Shown here: positions 18,266 through 25,656 of the stretch, piece by piece
How positions within the stretch are numbered: position 1 is the stretch's first letter
How the letters are laid out: the number at the start of each line of letters is the position of its first letter
Position numbers and translations under genes: made by a program
The notes under the pieces: model-generated
Database searches by the model: none
What the model was told of the DNA's origin: nothing
Seen by the model: the letters and a program-made list of their open reading frames with translations, nothing else
DNA from: a virus
Reading direction: 5' to 3' (one strand)
Length of the DNA stretch: 64,000 nt
IMG/VR virus record: IMGVR_UViG_3300045988_167206
Span: 32,001 to 96,000 of that record

Positions 18266-19732
18266 ATGTACGATACATTAGCGATTTTATTATGCGACAC
18301 TTATAAAACATGCCATAACCGAATGTTTCCTAATAAACTTACAAAATTAGTATCTTATTGGACTCCAAGAAGATCTATGTTGAAATATCAAGATCATATG
18401 GTATTCTTTGGACTTCAAGCATTTATTAAAAAGTTTCTGATCGAAGATTTTAATAAAAATTTCTTTGATTTACCAGAAAGTGCAGTAATGTATGAATACT
18501 CCTACACAATGAATACGCAGTTAAAACCAGGAGATTACGATATTGGGCCAATCATTGAATTACATAGATTAGGATTTCTTCCTATTCAGATTCGTGCATT
18601 ACCGGAAGGAACACTGGTTCCAATGGGAGTTCCTTGTATTGAAATCTTTAATACAAAACCAGAATTTGCATGGGTAGTCCAGTGGATTGAGTGTATTCTG
18701 CAGGTGGAACTTTGGAAACCATGTTGTCATGCGACAATCGGGCATATGTATAGGGAATCTGCAAATTATTGGTATAAAAGAACAGTTGATAATGTAAAAC
18801 CATCAATGGCCGCCTCTGACTTTGGAATGAGAGGAATGTCTTGTATGGAAGAAGCAGAAAGATGCTCCGCTGCTTGGTTGCTTTCGTTTGATAAAACATC
18901 CACAATTCCAGCAATCGATTATATTTATAATTATTATTCTACGAACTGTCAAAAACTCAATATTGGACTTGGAGCAGTAAGTACAGAACATTCTGTAATG
19001 GCTTCAAATTTTGCAGTAGACGGTGACGAAATTACATTTGTAAAACGATTACTTACAGAATTATATCCAAATACTTCATTTAGTATGGTTTCTGATACCT
19101 ATGATTATTGGAATATGATCGATAATATTCTTCCGGCCTGCAAAGAAGAAATTATGAATCACAATGGTAAATTGCTTGTAAGACCAGATTCTGGAAATAT
19201 GGTTGATATCTCAGTAAAGACAGTAAAAAAACTTTGGGATATATTTGGTGGGACTATTAATAGTAAAGGTTATAAAGTACTCGATCCACATATTGGTATT
19301 ATTTATGGCGATGGTTGTAGCTTATACAATGTGAACGAGATTTGGAGTTTACTCGCAGATGAAAGATTTGCAGCAAATAATATTGTATTTGGTGTCGGAG
19401 CCTTTTGTTTCTCGGCAATTGTTGAGGGTGACGGTCATATGGCAGTAGTTACCAGAGATACATTTGGAATTGCAATGAAAGCCACATATGGTGTCGTGGA
19501 TGAAAAACCTATTATGATTTATAAAGATCCCAAAACAGATACTTCTCATCTTAAAAAATCCCATAAAGGTTGTTGCAAAATTTATCGTGATCAGAGCGGA
19601 GAATTAATCTGTGAAGATGGTTTTGATAAGCCACAGCATGGAGAGTTGCATATTGTATATTGCAATGGCGATATTATTGAAGAAGAAACATTTGAGGATA
19701 TTCGTAGAAGATTAAATACTCAGGAGAATTAA
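18266..19732 (+). CDS. Nicotinamide phosphoribosyltransferase family protein (Nampt/NadV-like, candidate Namat)
   Basis: FGMRGMS, VSDTYDYW, VRPDSGN and IIYGDG. 488 aa, typical for the family. Confidence 0.85.
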   Translation: MYDTLAILLCDTYKTCHNRMFPNKLTKLVSYWTPRRSMLKYQDHMVFFGLQAFIKKFLIEDFNKNFFDLPESAVMYEYSYTMNTQLKPGDYDIGPIIELHRLGFLPIQIRALPEGTLVPMGVPCIEIFNTKPEFAWVVQWIECILQVELWKPCCHATIGHMYRESANYWYKRTVDNVKPSMAASDFGMRGMSCMEEAERCSAAWLLSFDKTSTIPAIDYIYNYYSTNCQKLNIGLGAVSTEHSVMASNFAVDGDEITFVKRLLTELYPNTSFSMVSDTYDYWNMIDNILPACKEEIMNHNGKLLVRPDSGNMVDISVKTVKKLWDIFGGTINSKGYKVLDPHIGIIYGDGCSLYNVNEIWSLLADERFAANNIVFGVGAFCFSAIVEGDGHMAVVTRDTFGIAMKATYGVVDEKPIMIYKDPKTDTSHLKKSHKGCCKIYRDQSGELICEDGFDKPQHGELHIVYCNGDIIEEETFEDIRRRLNTQEN

Positions 19733-19734
19733 AT

Positions 19735-20172
19735 ATGAATAAATCAATGATTTATAAAAGAAATGTATATATGAGCAGAGACTCAAAAGATGTTGAAGAA
19801 ATGTTCAGTGAAATTTTAAATAATTATGAAGAAAAAGAAGAAACGATTAAGTATCTTCGGGAAGAAAATAAAAGAATTAAAGATGAAAAATATAAGGATT
19901 CTGAACTAACTTCTATGAAAAGAGAACTTGAAGGTGTAAAAGGAGACTTATATAGAGGATTTCCGATTTCAATAAAAGAAAAAAAAGCTATCGAAGAATG
20001 GCGATTAAAACATGAAGCTGAGGCTCACGGAAGAAAAACACTTGAACAAAGGTTATCGGCACACGGAGCAATTGGCGGCAGTTACACTTATGTTTTCACG
20101 CCGACAAGCATTGGTGTTGTTGGCGAGTTTAAGTGTAGTTGTGGCGAATCATTTACATTTCAAGATATTTAA
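19735..20172 (+). CDS. Hypothetical protein (145 aa), coiled-coil N-terminus and Cys-containing C-terminus
   Basis: ORF with RBS AGGAGA. C-terminal GAIGGSYTYVFTPTSIGVVGEFKCSCGESF. Confidence 0.6.
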   Translation: MNKSMIYKRNVYMSRDSKDVEEMFSEILNNYEEKEETIKYLREENKRIKDEKYKDSELTSMKRELEGVKGDLYRGFPISIKEKKAIEEWRLKHEAEAHGRKTLEQRLSAHGAIGGSYTYVFTPTSIGVVGEFKCSCGESFTFQDI

Positions 20173-20184
20173 TAAGGGGTATTT

Positions 20185-20952
20185 ATGACATTAAAAGAGA
20201 TTAAAGAAAAAATAAGGACAGATCCGGCATACGGGTTTCTTCGTACAGATCCTCATCTTGGAGATAATATCTGTCTTCTTTATTTAAGCGGTAGTTATGC
20301 TTACGGAACAAATGTTGAAGATAGTGATATTGATCTTCGTGGGGTTACTTTAAATAGCAAAGAAGAAATTCTTCTTGGACAGGATTTTAGAAGTGTTACA
20401 GATGGAAGTACCGATACAACAATTTATTCATTTAAAAGAATGGTCAAAATGCTTTGTAGTAATACTCCAACTGCTATTGAGATATTTGGTCTTAAACCGG
20501 AACATATTTTATACGCTAATTCAATAGGAAAAGAATTGTTGACTAAGCAAAATATGTTTCTTACAAAAAGAGTCGCTTCTGCTTTCAAAGGATATATTCA
20601 GGCTAGTTTAAAATTGCTTGAATCAGAAAAATGCCTAAATGATAAAACTATGATGTCCAAATATATGGTTCATCCATTTCGATTGTATTTTATGATTATT
20701 GATATTTTAACTGATCGGACAATAACGACATATCGTGAAGAAGAACACGAAATACTTATGGATATTCGTAATGGAAAATGGCTTGAAAATAATAAACCTT
20801 CTAATGATTATATGAATTTTATAAGAAATTATAACAGAGTGATTCCATTTCTTCTTAAAGAAAAAAGTAATCTTCCAGAAGATTTAAATTTGTGTAACAT
20901 TGATGATTATGTGATAGCAGTACATGAAAAAATTGTCAAAGGAGAAATTTAA
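20185..20952 (+). CDS. Pol-beta superfamily nucleotidyltransferase (PF10127/RlaP-like)
   Basis: LSGSYAYGTNVEDSDIDLRGV matches the GS-x9-12-D-x-D nucleotidyltransferase signature as laid out in that family. Confidence 0.65.
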   Translation: MTLKEIKEKIRTDPAYGFLRTDPHLGDNICLLYLSGSYAYGTNVEDSDIDLRGVTLNSKEEILLGQDFRSVTDGSTDTTIYSFKRMVKMLCSNTPTAIEIFGLKPEHILYANSIGKELLTKQNMFLTKRVASAFKGYIQASLKLLESEKCLNDKTMMSKYMVHPFRLYFMIIDILTDRTITTYREEEHEILMDIRNGKWLENNKPSNDYMNFIRNYNRVIPFLLKEKSNLPEDLNLCNIDDYVIAVHEKIVKGEI

Positions 20953-21045
20953 TGATTAAAGTAATCAATGGAAGCATTTTAAATGCTAAAACAGATTTTA
21001 TTATTATTACAAGGAAAACTCAGTACCAAAAGAGGAGGAATAAAT

Positions 21046-21402
21046 ATGGATATTATTTATTTTGAGCTTAATAACTGGTTTTGTGGTAGAGATTATCCAA
21101 ATGATGAGCCATTTATTTCATGGATGAGTAATGATTTACAATTAAAATTCGATAACGAAGATTGGATTATTGAAAATAAATTATGTGTAGTAAAAACATT
21201 TGTAGACATGTCTTGTAATTTCTGTATTACTGCCACAAAGGAATGGGTAGAAGAGAATTGTCCTAAATTACTTACAGAATATAATGAGTTTTTAAGATAT
21301 CCTGATAAATATGGAGATACTTATGGAAAATTTGGAACATTATTTTTGGAATATTGTGTAGAAAATATTGGGTTGGAAGATAGAGAAGAAGATGATATTT
21401 AA
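21046..21402 (+). CDS. Hypothetical protein (118 aa)
   Basis: Start set to the ATG at 21046 behind AGAGGAGGA. The longer ORF-track N-terminus lacks an RBS. Confidence 0.6.
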   Translation: MDIIYFELNNWFCGRDYPNDEPFISWMSNDLQLKFDNEDWIIENKLCVVKTFVDMSCNFCITATKEWVEENCPKLLTEYNEFLRYPDKYGDTYGKFGTLFLEYCVENIGLEDREEDDI

Positions 21403-21418
21403 TGAAAGGATATAAGAT

Positions 21419-22174
21419 ATGAATTATTATTTTGATGCTAAAAAAGTAAAAGATGATTGCGTACAGTGGATTAGAGATTATTTTACAAAGAATGGACTAG
21501 ATTGCAATGCAATTGTTGGAATTTCTGGAGGAAAAGATTCTTCTGTTGTGGCTGCACTTTGCGCAGAAGCACTTGGAAAAGATAGGGTTATTGGTATTCT
21601 AATGCCACAGGGAATACAGTCTGATATTGGATATGCTCAAGAACTTTGTGCCGAACTTGATATTGAGAATTATACTATTAATATTGAATCTGCTTATAAA
21701 GCAATTAGAAATCAAGTAAAAGAGACTCTTAATGGGCATTGGAGCCAGCAGAGTGCCATTAATTTACCGGCAAGATTAAGAATGAGCATATTATATGCTT
21801 ATGCACAGACATTAAATGGAAGAGTGGCAAATACATGTAATCTTAGTGAAGATTGGGTAGGATATGCAACACGATACGGAGACTCTGCAGGAGATTTTAG
21901 TCCGCTTGCAAACTTTACAGTTGAAGAAGTAAAAGCTATTGGTAGAGAATTAGGTCTGAATGAGCTTTTAATTGAAAAAGTGCCAACAGATGGTCTTTGC
22001 GGTAAAACAGACGAAGATAACCTTGGTTTTACATATGCAGTTCTTGATAGATATATTAGAACTGGTAAAATTGACGATTTGGAAACCAAGAAGAAAATTG
22101 ATTATCTTCATGAAAAAAATGCGTTTAAGTTAAGATCAATGCCTACATTCAAATATCCACCTTGTCCATTTTAA
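21419..22174 (+). CDS. nadE: NH3-dependent NAD+ synthetase
   Basis: PP-loop GISGGKDSSV, then LPARLRMSILYAYA, GYATRYGD, PLANFTVEEV and VPTDGL...DEDNLGFTY. Confidence 0.9.
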   Translation: MNYYFDAKKVKDDCVQWIRDYFTKNGLDCNAIVGISGGKDSSVVAALCAEALGKDRVIGILMPQGIQSDIGYAQELCAELDIENYTINIESAYKAIRNQVKETLNGHWSQQSAINLPARLRMSILYAYAQTLNGRVANTCNLSEDWVGYATRYGDSAGDFSPLANFTVEEVKAIGRELGLNELLIEKVPTDGLCGKTDEDNLGFTYAVLDRYIRTGKIDDLETKKKIDYLHEKNAFKLRSMPTFKYPPCPF

Positions 22175-22186
22175 GGAGAATTAGAT

Positions 22187-22312
22187 ATGAAGCATGATAA
22201 TATTACAAAATGCATAGCATGGATTACAATCTGTATAGCAGTACTCGCCGGCTTATATTGGACAAAATCTCCGTCATGCTTATGGGCGTTCTGGATCCTA
22301 TTACTTATATGA
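22187..22312 (+). CDS. Small hydrophobic protein (41 aa), not in the ORF track
   Basis: MKHDNITKCIAWITICIAVLAGLYWTKSPSCLWAFWILLLI. Strong RBS AAGGAGA. Its stop overlaps the next ATG (ATGA at 22309-22312). Confidence 0.45.
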   Translation: MKHDNITKCIAWITICIAVLAGLYWTKSPSCLWAFWILLLI

Positions 22313-22671
22313 GGTGTAAAATGAAAAATAAAGATCAAATTAAATATACGATTAACCATAGAAAAGCTTTTCGAAAAGTAGAAAAAGAACTTCTTGGACA
22401 CAACACAGTAAGAAGTTTGTTTCATGACTTAGATAAAGTATTTTTGTACATGGTGTTCGACCATGAGAAAGTACATAATTGGCATAGATATCATAGTAGA
22501 CATCATCTAAAAGCCAGAACTCATGATGATTATGTGCAGATGGCAATTGATTGGGAATGTGCAAGGTTTACTAAACCAGATAAGCCATTAAATGCGAGAG
22601 AAACATTAAAGAAGATTCACCCAGAAGTCACAGATGAAATGCTTCCTGTATTAGAAGAATTGGGACTATGA
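22309..22671 (+). CDS. Small His/Asp-motif protein (DUF5662-like, possible metal-dependent hydrolase)
   Basis: HRKAF..(17)..HDLDK..(12)..HNWHRYHSRHH and DWECARFTKPDKP. Start placed at the coupled ATG at 22309; 22321 is also possible. Confidence 0.5.
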   Translation: MRCKMKNKDQIKYTINHRKAFRKVEKELLGHNTVRSLFHDLDKVFLYMVFDHEKVHNWHRYHSRHHLKARTHDDYVQMAIDWECARFTKPDKPLNARETLKKIHPEVTDEMLPVLEELGL

Positions 22672-23325
22672 ATGAATAAAGAAGATATTGTAGTATTATT
22701 TATTATATTAATTTTTATTGGATTCTTTTGTATGTATTTAATGGCGGCACGTATTTGGAAAGATATAGATAAAGAGATAGAAGAAGACAAACAAAGGAGA
22801 ATACATATGGCAAAACGAGTAGCAAAGTTCGAAAAAGTATCAAAACAGCAGTTTATTCAGGACTGGCAGCATGAATTTATGGGATCTGAAGAATGGGCTG
22901 GATTTATCTATGATCGAATTAAATTACCAGCAAGAGCAACAAAATTTTCAGCAGGATATGATTTCTTTGCACCAATGGACTTTACACTGAACCCGGGAGA
23001 AACTGTCAAGATCCCTACCGGTATCCGTTGTGGAATCAATACAGACTGGGTATTAATGATTTATCCTCGAAGCGGCCTTGGCTTTAAATATAGAGAAATG
23101 CTTGCAAATACAGTTGGAGTAGTAGATAGCGATTATTTTTATTCAGACAATGAAGGCCATATTTTTATCAAAGTTGTAAATGCCGGAGATAAAACACTTC
23201 ATATTGAAAGCGGGAATGGTTTTGCACAGGGGATTTTTACTGAATATGGTATCACAGAAGATGATCATGTTGAAGCAGAACGAAACGGTGGATTCGGAAG
23301 TACAGATAAAAAGGAACTTAAATAA
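22672..23325 (+). CDS. dut: dUTPase, with an in-frame 45-aa N-terminal TM extension (alternative start 22807)
   Basis: The five trimeric dUTPase motifs: AGYDF, IPTGI, PRSGLG, GVVDSDY and ERNGGFGSTD. An internal ATG at 22807 follows AAAGGAGA. Upstream codons encode IVVLFIILIFIGFFCMYLMAA. Confidence 0.85.
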   Translation: MNKEDIVVLFIILIFIGFFCMYLMAARIWKDIDKEIEEDKQRRIHMAKRVAKFEKVSKQQFIQDWQHEFMGSEEWAGFIYDRIKLPARATKFSAGYDFFAPMDFTLNPGETVKIPTGIRCGINTDWVLMIYPRSGLGFKYREMLANTVGVVDSDYFYSDNEGHIFIKVVNAGDKTLHIESGNGFAQGIFTEYGITEDDHVEAERNGGFGSTDKKELK

Positions 23326-23741
23326 TGGAGAAATGGAAAGAAAAACAATTGAAGGAAGAAGGAATCACAGCAGATAAAATTGCAAAAAATGAATTAACCG
23401 ATGAACAATATAGATCGTTGGTAATGCTTGCAAAATGTATTAATGTTCATCGTCCTTTTAGACCTAAAAAAAGTAGTTCGTATGAAATTGATTATTACTC
23501 ACATATCGTTCAATTTGAAAATCGTTACTTTCATTTAACAGAAACAGTAACCACAGATTTTTGTAAAAGAACCTGTATATTTACTTATAGTGATGTATAT
23601 GAAATGGAACAATGGAAATACGAAGAGGTAGTTCCTGTGACTGAATATGTAAAAAAAGGAGAAATAACACTTTCTGATTTTGAAGCAGAAATTTCAGTAT
23701 TTGGAGGAAGGGTAGTGCCACATGTAAAAAACAAAGATTAG
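23325..23741 (+). CDS. Hypothetical protein (138 aa)
   Basis: ORF coupled by TAATG to the dut stop. No recognisable motif. Confidence 0.65.
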   Translation: MEKWKEKQLKEEGITADKIAKNELTDEQYRSLVMLAKCINVHRPFRPKKSSSYEIDYYSHIVQFENRYFHLTETVTTDFCKRTCIFTYSDVYEMEQWKYEEVVPVTEYVKKGEITLSDFEAEISVFGGRVVPHVKNKD

Positions 23742-23770
23742 TTTCTAAAAAAATTATGAAAGGATTATTT

Positions 23771-24004
23771 ATGAATATTAGAATTAATGATACAAATGCG
23801 GCCAGAAAGCTTGTTTCTATTGCCAGCAACAAAAAATATGCAGACTACGATATTGATTGCATCTGCGGACGTTATATCATTGATATGAAGTCAATTATGG
23901 GAATGCTTTCATTTGCGCTTCCCACGGATGTAGATATTGTGATCCGGGCAGATGGGGATATAGAAAAAGAGTTTTACGAACATGTTAAACGTATAGCGTC
24001 ATAG
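23771..24004 (+). CDS. HPr-fold protein lacking the His15 equivalent (Crh-like)
   Basis: IDMKSIMGMLSFALPTDVDIVIRADGDIEKEF aligns to HPr VNLKSIMGVMSLG..G.EITI.A.G.DE. The active-site context reads TNAAR where HPr has GIHAR. Start taken at the ATG at 23771 after AAAGGA. Confidence 0.6.
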   Translation: MNIRINDTNAARKLVSIASNKKYADYDIDCICGRYIIDMKSIMGMLSFALPTDVDIVIRADGDIEKEFYEHVKRIAS

Positions 24005-24017
24005 ATGTATTACATCT
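24003..24017. promoter_or_regulatory. Perfect 15-bp palindrome AGATGTATTACATCT upstream of int
   Basis: Overlaps the stop of the Crh-like gene. The loop is too small for a hairpin, so a dimeric protein site is more likely. Half-site AGATGTAA recurs at 24088-24095, abutting the int ATG (24097). Confidence 0.35.
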
Positions 24018-24096
24018 TTATTTGAAAAAAATATGTATATATGATAATATAATGATGAAGTTATCTCATTACATATTTTGAAAGGATAAAGATGTA

Positions 24097-25269
24097 ATGG
24101 GAAAAGATTTAAAAGGTAAAGAACTTGGAAAGGGGATTACACAAAGAAAAGATGGTAGATATCAAGCAAGATTTACTAATCGTTTTGGAAAAAGACAGAC
24201 GATATATGGTAAAACACTTAAAGAAATTAAAAATGCATTACATGAAGAAACTATAAAAGATTTACGAGAAGAAAATGTAAAAAATATTAAATTAACAGTA
24301 GATGAATGGTTTGAAATATGGTCCAAAACATATAAGGAAACTACAATTAAAAAAACTACATTTGCTAAAAATAAAAGAAATTATCAACATCAAATTAAAC
24401 CAGTTATAGGGAATAAAAAAGTCTCCGAAGTAACATCATTTGATATTGTTTCTTTAACCAGTAACATGGCAAAAAAATATACAAAAGGTTTTATAAGAGA
24501 TGTACATGGTATTTTATATGATATGTTCGAACAAGCGTACATAAATGAGCTATGCAAAAAAAATCCTGTTTATGGAACTAAATTTGGTGGAAAACCAAAT
24601 AGAAAAATACAAGCATTAAATATTGAAGATCAAAGTGAATTTTTAAAATCAAGTAAAGATAATTTTTATTATAATGCGTTTGTTGTACAATTAAATACCG
24701 GTTTAAGACTTGGAGAAATCATAGGTTTATGTGTTGAAGATATTGATTTAAAAAATAATATGCTTCATGTTAGACATAATATGATTATGGTTAGGAAAGA
24801 TGGAGATATTCCATCTTATTTAGAAATAAGTACACCAAAAACGAATGCTGGAATTAGAGATGTTCCAATAAATAAAGCATGTAGAAAAGCTTTGATCAAT
24901 CAACTTGAAATGCGATCTAATGTTATTTTTCCACATAAATTTCATCAATTAGTATTTTTTAGTAAAGATAATTTTTTACCAATAAGCCGATCAACATATT
25001 ATCGAAACATTAATAGTGTTGTTAAGAAAATTAATATTAAAAGAGCAAAAAATAATCAACCTCTTATAAAACAGTTTGGATCACATACTTTTAGACATAC
25101 ATTTGCAACGAGATGTTTTGAAGCTGGTATTCCACCTAAAACAGTACAGGTTTTACTAGGACATGCCAGCATACAAATGACATTAGATATTTATACATCT
25201 GTAATGCAAGATAAACGGGTTGAAGACTTAAAAAAATTTGACACTTTGATGGACACGTTATGTTTATAA
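24097..25269 (+). CDS. int: Tyrosine recombinase (phage integrase) with an N-terminal arm-type DNA-binding domain
   Basis: N-terminus GITQRKDGRYQARFTNRFGKRQTIYG (AP2-like arm binder). Catalytic signatures TGLRLGEI, HTFRHTFAT and LLGHASIQMTLDIYTS. Confidence 0.92.
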   Translation: MGKDLKGKELGKGITQRKDGRYQARFTNRFGKRQTIYGKTLKEIKNALHEETIKDLREENVKNIKLTVDEWFEIWSKTYKETTIKKTTFAKNKRNYQHQIKPVIGNKKVSEVTSFDIVSLTSNMAKKYTKGFIRDVHGILYDMFEQAYINELCKKNPVYGTKFGGKPNRKIQALNIEDQSEFLKSSKDNFYYNAFVVQLNTGLRLGEIIGLCVEDIDLKNNMLHVRHNMIMVRKDGDIPSYLEISTPKTNAGIRDVPINKACRKALINQLEMRSNVIFPHKFHQLVFFSKDNFLPISRSTYYRNINSVVKKINIKRAKNNQPLIKQFGSHTFRHTFATRCFEAGIPPKTVQVLLGHASIQMTLDIYTSVMQDKRVEDLKKFDTLMDTLCL

Positions 25270-25290
25270 ATGGTGTAAAAATGGTGTCAA
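25268..25290 (+). repeat. Tandem pair ATGGTGTAAAA/ATGGTGTCAA (candidate integrase arm sites, left)
   Basis: AAATGGTGTAAAAATGGTGTCAA, beginning at the last two nt (AA, 25268-25269) of the int stop codon. The same tandem unit recurs at 25655-25680. Confidence 0.5.
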
Positions 25291-25332
25291 TTAAAAGTAA
25301 ACACTGTGGAATACTGTAAAAATAAGTAAAGA

Positions 25333-25656
25333 GTTTCCACCTGTATGTATTACACCGGTATCCATCCGCTTACAGGGGAGAAGGTTTACATTCCGCGTGA
25401 CCCGCATGAAAAAGCCATCCAGCGTGCGCTGATGCAGTATAAGAACCCGGCAAACAGAAGCCTTGTACTGGAGGGGCTCAAGATCGCAGGACGCATGGAT
25501 CTGGTCGGTTTCGGCCCGAAATGTCTGCTCCGCCCGGAGAGAGACCGAAGGAAAGAATCCGGCAGAAATCCATCAGGAGGAGACCGCAGGAAGCCACAGA
25601 ACCAGGGACGTAAGCCCGCAAAGAAAACGATCCGCAATACGCATAAGAAAAAATAA
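25333..25656 (+). pseudogene. ygiQ: 3'-terminal fragment of a host-type ygiQ (UPF0313 radical SAM) gene, probable attP core/replacement 3' end
   Basis: VSTCMYYTGIHPLTGEKVYIPRDPHEKAIQRALMQYKNPANRSLVLEGLKIAGRMDLVGFGPKCLLRP matches the conserved YgiQ C-terminus (E. coli MYYSGKNPL...ALLRYHDPANWPLIRQAL...LIG). An in-frame stop lies at 25327-25329, so no full gene is present. G+C is visibly much higher than the flanks. Confidence 0.65.
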
